Assembly: GCA_008369845.1 (NCBI GenBank)
Contig: MRSU01010844.1
Span: forward strand, 1 to 32,474
Direction: 5' to 3'
Length of the DNA: 32,474 nucleotides
Source of the DNA: Trichomonas gallinae
Taxonomy: Eukaryota
Shown: positions 17,098-27,639 of the stretch, piece after piece
Position numbering within the stretch: position 1 is the stretch's first letter
Layout of the letters: each line of letters starts with the position of its first letter
Translations under genes and position numbers: made by a program
The notes under the pieces: model-generated
The model's input: only the letters and a program-made list of their open reading frames with translations
The model's database searches: none
What the model was told of the DNA's origin: nothing

Positions 17098-19665
17098 GTG
17101 TCAGAAACTATTTCAAAAAAAGTTTTGGAAGATTTCTTAACAAACGCAACAACTCCAGATAATGAAGTTGTACAGAAAGCTCAAGAATTCTTCAATGAAA
17201 TGAAAAGAAACCAGCCCCAACAGTTTTTAACACAATTAATTTTATATATCAAAGAAAATCCTTCCTCAAACCTATCAAATATGGCCATAATCATAATATA
17301 CGAGATATTAAAACCATCCCAAGAATACACATATCCACAAATCAAAGAATTTTGGCAAAATTTAAACGTAGATATACAAAATATGCTTGTAGAACTATGT
17401 TTGAACTCATTGTCGAACCAATATGAATCATTTGTGAATCATTCATCCATAATTCTTGGAATGATTTTAGATTACGAATATTCACATTCCGAAGAAACCT
17501 TTAAATCACTGTATGATATAATTTCAAGTGACGAATACGCGATAGATATTAAAATAAACGTGTTAAAAATGATGCAAACCATATGCGAATACACAAATAA
17601 AATTCCAATTCAATTTATTACGTCTTTTCATGACTTTCTCGCCTCACTTCTGCAGAATTCCGAGATCAATATTGATAACATCATCATAATATTACGAACA
17701 CTTCTCAGAATTTATTCATTAAATCTCGAATTATATAATACAACAGAAGAACTTGATAATTTCTTGAAATTCTCATTTCTATGGCTATTAGAAGCAGCAA
17801 AACTTAATTCAGACAGTAATATATGCGAAATGCTTCAAATTGATTTACAAATATTTAAACAAACATATTTAACGAATCATTTCCCTTCTGATGCATTTAA
17901 CAACATTATACACAATACACTGACATCAGGCAACGAATTAGTCATAAATCATGTCTTACACATGTTGATAGAAATGACAAATCATGTATTTTCGATCAAA
18001 AAGAGATCAGATGTTTATGCTTTGTACAATAAATCATTGATACAAAGAATGGGCAGATCTCAGCGTCTTGTCAAGAAGTTTTACATCGAAGAAATCAATT
18101 TTGGAGATTTTATGTTAAATTTAATTTCAAACGATTTCGAAGTTTTATTTTCGATCCTTTCTACAGCAGAATTCACACCTGACTTTTTGGATGAAGAGAA
18201 CTACCCGAATTATTACTTAGTTATTCTTATTTTTGAAAAAATTATTCAAATCTATCCAACATTTACGAATTTATTAACTTCCAAGTTGCAAAATGTGATA
18301 AATTTGGAAGAATTTAGGGCTTCATTTATAGAAACATCAATTTTATATATTTTATCATCAACAAAAAATATTCATCACATTTTTAACGAGAAAATTGAAT
18401 TTCTTTTTCAGATTGTGTCATCAACATCTCTATTAATGAGGGAATTAAGCTTATCTGCTCTCATTAACTTAAATTTCAAAATAATCAAATCAATTGATTT
18501 AACAATTATAAGTAATTTAGTGAAAGAACAACTGGAAACGCATCCAAAACTCGCTTCTTTGGCAGTGAATTTGTTTTTAAATATAATTAAGCAAAAAGAT
18601 AATTTATTGAAAGATTCTTCAAATAATATAATTGAAAGCAACGTGTCAATTGCTCTTGACCTGTTCCAAATCATTTATGAATCAGCAGATTTATCGATCA
18701 AAAGCCTAGTTATCGAAATTCTTGAAAATATTTTCTATTTCATGAGTACAAACATAATCAATGAGATATTAATGACAACTTTCAAACAGCTAAAACCATT
18801 CTTGACACCAGGACTGGAATTGTCGCAAGATGAAATTATTGAAAAAAATTATCTGTTGAATATCAGCAAAACAATAATAAAGATGTCTCTGAGTCAAGAA
18901 AACACAAAAATAGTTGAAAAATTCATAACAAAAGTCATTTCTTTTTGTGATTTTGACACAAATGATCTTGTGCTTGATTTTCTTCGCTGGAACAAGCTCG
19001 ATGTTGACATATTCGAACACGCGGGTATCTGTCTTAATTCAGGAGATCCAAACTTAGTTATGCAGGGAACAAGTTTTGCAGCTTATTTTTTGTATTTCTC
19101 TGGAGATTTCGTGAAATCTTTAGATGTTTTGGCAATGATTTTGCAGCCACTATTAAATCAAGAATGCAGAATGGATCAAGTCCCAATTTTATTGAAATCA
19201 TTAATAATATTTTTGCGTGCTTTCTTGTTTAGCAAAGAAATGATATCTGATGACGCCATAGACATGATGTTCAACACTTTTGGAGTGATTTATGAGAAAT
19301 TTGATTTTAATGAAGATGAAAATTTGGTTGCGCAGACTTTTTCTTTAGTTTTCCAGTGTTTTGAGCTCCTAATACAAGTGAATTCTAATTTGTTTCACGT
19401 CAAATACAGGTTATTCCTTAAATTCGCAGACAAAATCGTTGAAATTTCTGTTTTCGCGAAAGAAGCAATCAATGCTTACATTTCTTTCATATTAGAATGC
19501 TGCAAACACATCAGCAGCAACCAGGAGAGAGTCACGCTTTCAAAGAAAAACTGCATCTTTCCTCTTCTCATTGCATCTGAATATGATGCAGAAAAAGTTG
19601 ACTCTGTTCTCTGCAAACTTTTTGAATCCAAATCATCAGCACAAGATCCACCATTCATTCTATAA
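17098..19665 (+). CDS. Importin-beta-like HEAT/ARM-repeat protein (start codon uncertain: GTG)
   Basis: 855-codon frame. N-terminal LEDFLTNATTPDNEVVQKAQEFFNEMKRNQPQQFLTQL resembles the IBN_N helices; the remainder is L/I-rich and helical, and the size fits karyopherin-beta. Confidence 0.75.
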   Translation: MSETISKKVLEDFLTNATTPDNEVVQKAQEFFNEMKRNQPQQFLTQLILYIKENPSSNLSNMAIIIIYEILKPSQEYTYPQIKEFWQNLNVDIQNMLVELCLNSLSNQYESFVNHSSIILGMILDYEYSHSEETFKSLYDIISSDEYAIDIKINVLKMMQTICEYTNKIPIQFITSFHDFLASLLQNSEINIDNIIIILRTLLRIYSLNLELYNTTEELDNFLKFSFLWLLEAAKLNSDSNICEMLQIDLQIFKQTYLTNHFPSDAFNNIIHNTLTSGNELVINHVLHMLIEMTNHVFSIKKRSDVYALYNKSLIQRMGRSQRLVKKFYIEEINFGDFMLNLISNDFEVLFSILSTAEFTPDFLDEENYPNYYLVILIFEKIIQIYPTFTNLLTSKLQNVINLEEFRASFIETSILYILSSTKNIHHIFNEKIEFLFQIVSSTSLLMRELSLSALINLNFKIIKSIDLTIISNLVKEQLETHPKLASLAVNLFLNIIKQKDNLLKDSSNNIIESNVSIALDLFQIIYESADLSIKSLVIEILENIFYFMSTNIINEILMTTFKQLKPFLTPGLELSQDEIIEKNYLLNISKTIIKMSLSQENTKIVEKFITKVISFCDFDTNDLVLDFLRWNKLDVDIFEHAGICLNSGDPNLVMQGTSFAAYFLYFSGDFVKSLDVLAMILQPLLNQECRMDQVPILLKSLIIFLRAFLFSKEMISDDAIDMMFNTFGVIYEKFDFNEDENLVAQTFSLVFQCFELLIQVNSNLFHVKYRLFLKFADKIVEISVFAKEAINAYISFILECCKHISSNQERVTLSKKNCIFPLLIASEYDAEKVDSVLCKLFESKSSAQDPPFIL

Positions 19666-19879
19666 AATGTTAAATTTTTGTTTGAAAATTAAATTTAAAT
19701 TTATTTTAATTTTAAATATTGCTCATATCTGATATAAAATATGAAATTTCTTGTTTATATCATGATTTTTTTATATAATATTATACAAATCCAAAAATTA
19801 TGATATATTTTGTAAATGAAGATCAAATTTGATTGAAAAATAGTATTGCAATTAAGATAACATAATAACATGTTTAATA

Positions 19880-22800
19880 TTAACAAATACAATCGACAAA
19901 TTTGTCGAAATTAGAAAATGGAATAATTTTATCGGTTTCATCGACTTGGAGAATGGATTTATCGAAATTTTCTGGAATCTGGATGCTGTTTCCTATTATA
20001 ATAACGTGATTATCTGGACATGAAAAAACTTTTGGAACATTTTTCTTTACTTTTCCATAGTTAATGGATATATATGGTTCTGTCACGTAGTGGATTTTCG
20101 CTCTGATGTCAGAATTCGTGATAGCGAATGATTGCACGATGCACTTGATCTGTGGTTTGTTTTTTGGAGGCTTGGAGTTCTCTATCATGTCTCTGACGAA
20201 TAATAAAGGAATCAGTGGATCTGTCATATCACAAGCAAAGTAAACACACGAACCTTCGCATCTCAGCATAGATATTGTTGTGTAGCATTGTATATTATTG
20301 TGAATGACAGAAAACAGGTAATCAATGGAAGAATTGAAGACTTCATTGTCGAATTTAAGAATGATGATAAATTGATCTTTCATGTCGTAGAGAGTTATAC
20401 CTTTCTCGTAGAAATTCTTTGCGATGTTGTTAGGCATGTACGTTGACAAAGATTTTTGTATTGACTCAACTGATGCCTGCTCAACTGAAACATCGTATAA
20501 TGCTATGTTAATCAAATGTCCTGAACTATATCTGCACTCTAAGAACTTTTTCTGTCTACGTGAATTTGTTGTGAAAACTCTGGAATTTTCTGCATCTTTC
20601 ACGAAATATTCTTCATATTTTCTTCCAATTAAGTTGATTGGGTCGATATTCAATATCTGAATCGAGTTCTGGGATATGTAATTAATGAATCCTGTGTTTA
20701 GATCAACTTTGACGTCGATGACAGAGTTTGTCAAAATTTCTTTCGGTGGCAAATCTTTTGGCTTGTTTAAGTCGTCAACGAAACCTGTTGGAAAATGGAA
20801 CAAACTGTCGAAACCGACAGATGACTTGATATCTACATGGTAAGCAGCTATGCAGCATAAAATAAAGAATAATATGCAGTAAATAATAAAAGCAATTGAT
20901 CCGTTTGGAGGAACGATACTTATCTGAGTGATCATTTCTGAAATTTCTTTGTTTTTGGATAAATATTGATTCAACAAATGCGGAATCATATCATATGAAA
21001 CATTTCCTGTATTTAACTTGAAGTTTTTGTTATCTTTCCATGGCTCTGGAATTGTTCGCATTGCTGTATTTAAGTTATTAATCGTCAAAGAAATTCTCCT
21101 GAATTTTTCGTCAATGATTTCGAGTTTCTCTGAGTTGAAAAAGACCGAATACAGAGCAATATACTTTGCATAGAATACTATTGTTAATAATGAAAACCAT
21201 GGAATCAAAACTAGCAAAACTAGATTCGAAAAGAAAAACTTTGTTTCAAATGTAGCAATTTTTGTCGCAGCAGTGACAATTTCTAAATTTTCGAGTGATT
21301 CCTGTAATACAGGATTTTCCAGAGTTGTTGTTGATGTTTCAGTTGAATCACTTGTGTCGCTTAATTCTCCTGAAATAATTGGTGAATTTGTTTTGACGAA
21401 TGGACTCATTAATGCGAATTGTTGTGGATACAAATAATCGCTGGATCCGATAAAAGACAAAGCGAGTTTTGAGTCTTTCAAATCGATATGGTGGCTTTTC
21501 TGGGATTTGCCTACATCAGTTTCTGAAGAAAACTTCATGATTTTCTGTCGTTTAAACTGTTGTTTCGTTTTGTTGTATAACTCGAAAATTCCGAGTTTCT
21601 CGCCTTCTTGATTTGCCATTGGATACAGAATCTTGAACAAATCCCAGCTTTCTAGTGATTTCTTGAACAATAATAGACCCAGTCTTTCCTTGCTGCCCAA
21701 AAATTCGACGCATGAGTTTGGAATTTTTCTCAAAGAAATTTTCAGGTGTAAATAAATTACAATGAAAATTATCACTGAACCAAAAACGATGAATGGGAAT
21801 AAAACTAACATATATAAGTTCAGTGTTGGAATGATATTGATGGTCTTGATTGCATGTGTTACGTTGTTATGGAAATAATTTGCAGATAAAAGCATTTTGT
21901 CAAAAATCTCATAACTCAATGCTGTATAATTTTCTGTAACAATTCTTAATGATTTGCAATAATCGTCATGATTAGTAGCAAGAGAAGTCAAATAATCTGA
22001 AATTGTCGAAAGCATGTGTATATGATAGTAATAATCTGATCTGATTTTCATGATGTGATCGATGATTCCATTGTAAATGTTGTAGTAATCTTTCGTGCAA
22101 TTTTTCGATTTCATGAAATTGATATTTAAATCTGATAAAATTGACGGCAATATTAAAGCTGCTGTCAGGTTTTCGGCCAAACTATAGCATTTTTTGAGTT
22201 CGAAGTCTATGTTTTTGAGTTGGTTGCTGCTCGACAATCTGCTACTTTGATCGAAATTCGCGAATAAATATCCCCAAATTAGTGCTAAAACAATATTTAA
22301 AAATAAAGCCCCTGAACTCAATTTCGTGTTTCTTTGCACGAACATTGCTGTGACACTTCTCTCCGTTGACTCATCCCTGTATATTGTGTTTTCATTTATG
22401 TGGAATCTGATTGGCGTTGAACCGAATGAATAAGTTGTCTCGATTATTCCCTCCGATGATGACCTTTTTGTTTCTTGGAGATATTTTTGCAGCGAAATTG
22501 GATAATAAGCAGCCATCGATCTGAATATTGGATCAATGATTGGTTTGTTGTGCTCTCTGAGTTTGTTGCAGTAATGTTTGTAGTACGCTGAAAGCTTCGG
22601 TTGTCCCATTGCAACTAAAGCAACTTCTGATAAAGACTGAATAACATAATAATCGTATTGATAAATATACGCCAAGAAATTCACGAATGATATCAATTCT
22701 ACGTGAAGAATTGCTGTGTTTATGCCATGTAATAACATCTTCCATAAGTTATTGTTGTACCTGTAGTTCCAATACAAACTCAAATTCACCAAATAACTTC

Positions 22801-24040
22801 TATGAATTCTGTCTAAATTTACGATGTAATTTTGAGGCGTTGTTGAAGAATATGACTTAAAAACTCTTGTGAATGCGTAAAACTGGTAATGATAATAAGC
22901 ATTCGTGCATTTTTTCGATGATAAAACCATCAGCAGTTGACTTCTCAATGACCTGAAAATTCCCAAAAATCTCAAGATTTCTAAAAGCTCATCAGGATCA
23001 TCTCTCATTCTAGTAACCATGTAGTCTTGAATCCCATCAATATCAGCTTCTCTCTTAGCAACATTCCTGATCATCAAAGCCGCATTCATTGGGAAAGAAG
23101 TTTCCAATTTGTGATTAAAAACCAGTGGAGCATAATACTTAACAGCTCTCATGTATAACCAGTAAGAAACTGTGTAAAAGAGAACCAAAGCTAGTGCCAA
23201 TATAATCATGTGGTCGCTAAATATATCATGGAGATGGCAATACATAAGAATAGGATGAGCAAACAAAGGAGAATCATGCAAAACAGCTCCGAAGATCGAA
23301 TAATTTACACCTTTAAAAATTCTTTTGAACAAAGTGTAGTAGGCTAATGAGCCATAAACTGTGAAGACGGTGATTTCCTTCATATAATGGTATCTTGTCG
23401 CCAAGATAATTTGAGTGTGAATAGACATAAATCTGCACCAAAATAAAGTATGAGATGTTGAGCCAGAAATGACATCAAGGAAACTGTTGATCATAATTAA
23501 ACGTGGCTGTAAGAAAACTGATGCATAATATTCATAAGCTGCGGAAATTAAACAATTGAAAAAAAGAAAGAACATTGATACTAAATTGGCGCCACTAAAG
23601 TGTGATAGTGTAAACATTGTTTGCATATTTAATCGAATGAAGTTCTGAACTTGAATTAGCGGTTGAATGAATTCAAAAACTAACGAGAAAGTATATAATT
23701 TATTGATTGGATTGTATTTTCCTTCCTTTGATTGGAACGTTGAATATATGAAATAAGAAATAAATGAAAGATTTGCAATTACCAATAATATAGAAAAGTA
23801 AACGGGCGTTGCAGTATAATAAATCCACGAGTTGAATATCAGTGTATTGTGTGCAGCCTTCAAAAATGAAACGTTGCCTTCAGTTATTTGATCTATACTG
23901 CAAAAATTCAATGAAAAAAACAAATATTGAAGAAAAATTATGATATCTCTCGCCCACACGAGCCAATACGAGAGCTTAGCCCTGTATCTGAGCTCAAAAG
24001 AGATTTCGTAAAAAATCTTCATAAATTTGTAAATTTTCAT
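19880..24040 (-). CDS. Multi-pass membrane protein related to trichomonad transmembrane adenylate cyclases, with PAS-like and degenerate class III cyclase domains
   Basis: 1386 aa. N-terminal TM cluster and further paired TM segments. PAS-like GFINYISQNSIQILNIDPINLIGRKYEEYF, then LSTYMPNNIAK...IIILKFD...LFSVIH...MLRCEGSCVYFAC in cyclase motif order. Confidence 0.75.
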   Translation of the reverse strand: MKIYKFMKIFYEISFELRYRAKLSYWLVWARDIIIFLQYLFFSLNFCSIDQITEGNVSFLKAAHNTLIFNSWIYYTATPVYFSILLVIANLSFISYFIYSTFQSKEGKYNPINKLYTFSLVFEFIQPLIQVQNFIRLNMQTMFTLSHFSGANLVSMFFLFFNCLISAAYEYYASVFLQPRLIMINSFLDVISGSTSHTLFWCRFMSIHTQIILATRYHYMKEITVFTVYGSLAYYTLFKRIFKGVNYSIFGAVLHDSPLFAHPILMYCHLHDIFSDHMIILALALVLFYTVSYWLYMRAVKYYAPLVFNHKLETSFPMNAALMIRNVAKREADIDGIQDYMVTRMRDDPDELLEILRFLGIFRSLRSQLLMVLSSKKCTNAYYHYQFYAFTRVFKSYSSTTPQNYIVNLDRIHRSYLVNLSLYWNYRYNNNLWKMLLHGINTAILHVELISFVNFLAYIYQYDYYVIQSLSEVALVAMGQPKLSAYYKHYCNKLREHNKPIIDPIFRSMAAYYPISLQKYLQETKRSSSEGIIETTYSFGSTPIRFHINENTIYRDESTERSVTAMFVQRNTKLSSGALFLNIVLALIWGYLFANFDQSSRLSSSNQLKNIDFELKKCYSLAENLTAALILPSILSDLNINFMKSKNCTKDYYNIYNGIIDHIMKIRSDYYYHIHMLSTISDYLTSLATNHDDYCKSLRIVTENYTALSYEIFDKMLLSANYFHNNVTHAIKTINIIPTLNLYMLVLFPFIVFGSVIIFIVIYLHLKISLRKIPNSCVEFLGSKERLGLLLFKKSLESWDLFKILYPMANQEGEKLGIFELYNKTKQQFKRQKIMKFSSETDVGKSQKSHHIDLKDSKLALSFIGSSDYLYPQQFALMSPFVKTNSPIISGELSDTSDSTETSTTTLENPVLQESLENLEIVTAATKIATFETKFFFSNLVLLVLIPWFSLLTIVFYAKYIALYSVFFNSEKLEIIDEKFRRISLTINNLNTAMRTIPEPWKDNKNFKLNTGNVSYDMIPHLLNQYLSKNKEISEMITQISIVPPNGSIAFIIYCILFFILCCIAAYHVDIKSSVGFDSLFHFPTGFVDDLNKPKDLPPKEILTNSVIDVKVDLNTGFINYISQNSIQILNIDPINLIGRKYEEYFVKDAENSRVFTTNSRRQKKFLECRYSSGHLINIALYDVSVEQASVESIQKSLSTYMPNNIAKNFYEKGITLYDMKDQFIIILKFDNEVFNSSIDYLFSVIHNNIQCYTTISMLRCEGSCVYFACDMTDPLIPLLFVRDMIENSKPPKNKPQIKCIVQSFAITNSDIRAKIHYVTEPYISINYGKVKKNVPKVFSCPDNHVIIIGNSIQIPENFDKSILQVDETDKIIPFSNFDKFVDCIC

Positions 24041-25323
24041 TAAAAAATAAATTTTCGTAAACTATTCAATTTTGATCGAAATAATTTTAACCTATATATG
24101 ATAAAGATAACATACACCACGACAATTGAGAAAAAATCCAAATAACGAAATTGAATAAAGCTCTCAAAATTTGATCAAATTCAATTTGTCAAAAAATAAG
24201 AATATACACAAGGTTTACAAGTAATAAACAGAATTAACGACAAATGAAAAATCAAATTAATCAAAAGAGAACGCTAAAAGGATTTGAAATTTAGCATCTA
24301 ATACTGATACAAAACTAGAATTTGGTTTGTATATTATTAGATAATTTTTTGCAAATGAAACAATATCAAAATTTAATTTTATATGAATTTATTTAATTTT
24401 TCGAATTAAAAGAAAAAATATATTTATTTGAGATGATAATTCAAATTAAAAAGCATATCATAATGATATATATCATGTGTTGAATGATATAACGCTTTAT
24501 TATTTTGAGAACTTTTACAATATAAAATCTTTCAAAAGTAATTTTTCTGGTTTATTTTGTCCTTTTCATGTAATAAAATAATTTGAAATTAATATTGATT
24601 ATTTTTTGAAAACTTCTCAATAAAAATTGCTTCTACTATTAATGCTGATTGATGAAAAAACGAAACGCGGAAAATCGTCACCCATTCCCATACTTTTATT
24701 TAATATTCGGCAAGCATAATGGTTATAATACCCGATTAAACAAACATTTGCCAATTATATTTCATTTCTCAAAATTGCGAAATATGTGTCGCAATATTTA
24801 TCGAAAATTTATTGATAATTTGATTTACATCAATATTTAATACCCAATAAACGCATTTAAAATGATTTATATTTTTTGACCTTATTTTAATTTTAATGTT
24901 TGAATTGTCCTAGTACCTATAACTAATTTTTCGAAGAAAAGTTCAAAATTTAATCAATTTCAAATTTCATTCTTCAACATTTGCAAGCATACTATGGCTC
25001 TGATATTGTTAACATGGATCCGTACCATCATAACCAACATATTCCGAATCGAATCGCTAAAAACTAATGCTTTGTAAGAAAAAACCATTTAAAATGTCAT
25101 CAAATATTGAAAATTCTGCTACTAGATAATGTATTGAGTATTATTCTAAAATATTACTTATTTCAAAATAATTATTTGATATTTTTATAATTAAAAATCT
25201 ATTATTTTTATTTAATTTTTTTAAAATTTTAGTTCTTAAAAATTAAAAACTCTGTTTTCCTCGAATGAAATGACTATTGACAAAGAGTGTAAAAAGAATA
25301 TAATTTAATTCAACATAAACAAT

Positions 25324-26676
25324 CTATTTATTAATATCTTGCTTTTGATTTGCAAGTTCACTCAGCTTCATTTGTGCTTTGTTTTGCAAGTGCACAGAAG
25401 CTGTGCTCAACTTCGCTCTAGCAAACTCGAAATCAGGACAAAGACCGATTTCTGGTGTGAATTGATCAGTGAACATTGCAATTCTCATTAATTCTGGTAA
25501 ATCACAACTCAATAAGACACAAAGAGTCAATCCAAACGTTACATCGAATGACATCATCGATGAATCGTTTCCACCATATATATGGGCTGCTTTTTCAATT
25601 TCAGCGAGCGAATGATACATATGATGCAGTATATCGAGAGGGTTAGTGAAGAAAGACACAAATTCAGCCTGTTCGACAGCCAATGAATAATGTACATCAT
25701 TTTTGAAAATATCTCTAATTTTGTCTGTATCTTTCATTTTTGGACAGCACTTCCTCGGTGGATCAATATCTCCTACAGTATAATCGCGTAGCGTTAATAT
25801 TAAATCGAATGATAATTCGGGAACCGAAAACAGCTTAATTTCAGGATATACCTTGTCGAAAAAGGCCCTGAAGCATAGACCTATCAATGCACTAAGTGTA
25901 TAAGAATCATTCTTCTCCATCATCTTTCCTATGTTTTCAACAAGTTTAACAATCGAAAAAACGAAATCTGTTGGCGAAATCTTGCTGAACTGTGTCAGTA
26001 TTTTGGTGACTTGATCAGCACAGAATACGTCAGGGTGAAATAGCAAACTTTCAAATTGATCTTGAATCGGATGTGGACAAAAGAAGGCCAATGATGGATC
26101 AAATGATGGATGAACAACCTGTAAAATCTGTTCAATAGCTTGTATTGCATTATCTTGCGTAATTTTAATTGCACATTTTTTACGGAGTTTATCTGCTAAT
26201 TCTGCGTGGTATTTTTTAAGTGCAATCAGTCTTTTCTTCTTCTTTTCTATGTAGTGCTTAAATTTTTCTGTTTCTAATGTAAGAATGAATGATTTTGGAA
26301 TTAAGTATTCTGATGTATAGAGATTTATAATACTTTTTATGCATTTTTCTATAATGTGATCGATATTAGCTGCGTAATTGTTAATGTAATCTTCTAAATA
26401 TCGAATTTGATGATATATCATTGATATTGAATGTGGAATATATGACGGCTTTGTGATTGTTTGTATATAGCATTTCGACTTTAGTTTCTTAATTTTGTAT
26501 TCAAAGCTCTCTAATTGCGACAAACATTCCTGATGAAGTTTTTTCTTGTAATCTTCAAAAGAAAGTTGCTGCTGGTTCCTCATTTCTTCATTTTTGGTCA
26601 CAATGTTGACAAATTTATGGATGGAGTGGTGATCTTTTATGTATTCGTAGAATTGCGTTAAGTCCTCCTCCTCCAT
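25324..26676 (-). CDS. Protein with N-terminal coiled coil and a divergent C-terminal VPS9 (Rab5-GEF)-like domain
   Basis: AVEQAEFVSFFTNPLDILHH...IEK...SFDVTFGLTLCVLLSCDLPEL...FTDQF...EFARAKLSTASVHL follows the VPS9 pattern P.DKL / SADDxLP.LxYVxxxAxxPxL / YxxxF / Y..xLxxA. Confidence 0.7.
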   Translation of the reverse strand: MEEEDLTQFYEYIKDHHSIHKFVNIVTKNEEMRNQQQLSFEDYKKKLHQECLSQLESFEYKIKKLKSKCYIQTITKPSYIPHSISMIYHQIRYLEDYINNYAANIDHIIEKCIKSIINLYTSEYLIPKSFILTLETEKFKHYIEKKKKRLIALKKYHAELADKLRKKCAIKITQDNAIQAIEQILQVVHPSFDPSLAFFCPHPIQDQFESLLFHPDVFCADQVTKILTQFSKISPTDFVFSIVKLVENIGKMMEKNDSYTLSALIGLCFRAFFDKVYPEIKLFSVPELSFDLILTLRDYTVGDIDPPRKCCPKMKDTDKIRDIFKNDVHYSLAVEQAEFVSFFTNPLDILHHMYHSLAEIEKAAHIYGGNDSSMMSFDVTFGLTLCVLLSCDLPELMRIAMFTDQFTPEIGLCPDFEFARAKLSTASVHLQNKAQMKLSELANQKQDINK

Positions 26677-27639
26677 GTTTATTCACACCCCTGCTTTTCC
26701 CAGTCAGCCCCTTACATTATTATTTTTATAAAATTTTGCCATTATTCTGTAACTCATTTCAGACTTTGAGGGCATTGCTTTTGTTATTACTATCCTATAT
26801 TGTTTTAGTTTTTTAAAGCTCGTGGAAAAATAACAATATTTCTTTTCCTTTTATGAAATATTTTACTATTATTTCTATTTAATCAGTGAATATAGATTTT
26901 TTTATTTAAAATATTTTATCATTAAACTCCCATAGCTGATTCTCTTTGATGATTTTAACTTCAAATTAATTTAGTGAGTGTATCCATTTGGATTATGTCA
27001 GCATTCTATAAAGTTACTTCCTATAAGAGAAATTCAATTAAATGTATATATAATCGCTAGAAATGAAAAAGAAGTATTTATTTCTCACTTCCCTAACATA
27101 CAATTTTATGCCTCAAGATTGGATAACATGCAAAATAGTGATGGAAAGCTATTTTCACTTTGATGTTGATATTTCATCTATTGAAAAGAAAATAAAATTG
27201 ATCAGATTGAAATCTAGTGAATTAAGATGTTTCTGTTATCCATGAGTTGGTAACAACGAGACACTGCATATATTGTCATTAAATTCTTCTGCAAATCGAG
27301 AAATGTTTTCAAAATTTCTTTGATGTTATATGAAGAATGAGAAAAGATTTTCTAAATAGAAAATGTCTATAAAGAATGCTTAGGTTATAAATCAATGCTT
27401 GCAAAATATTTTTTTGATTACAAGGATAATGAATCAATAGAGTTTGTGCTGTATTATTTCATTGACAGACACTTATATGATACTACGGTGTAAATATTAA
27501 AATATACTAAAAACTATAATTCAAAAAAATTTACTTCAACATGAACGCACATTATTTCATAAAATAAATAAATTGGTCCAATGCAATCAACATTTCTAAT
27601 ATAAATCTACATGGTATTCTATTTCTTACATGTCTCATT

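Noticed and set aside
24649..24840. 63-aa ORF and CG-containing motifs (aaacgcggaaaa) in the 1.3-kb intergenic region
   Set aside because: No domain, only a partial match to the E2F consensus, and no gene start nearby.
26691..26715. 25-nt GTAAGG...CTGAC...CAG segment (minus) resembling a short intron
   Set aside because: The branch-like motif is too close to the 5' end and does not match the trichomonad CTAAC-near-AG pattern, and splicing would create an ATG out of frame with the CDS.
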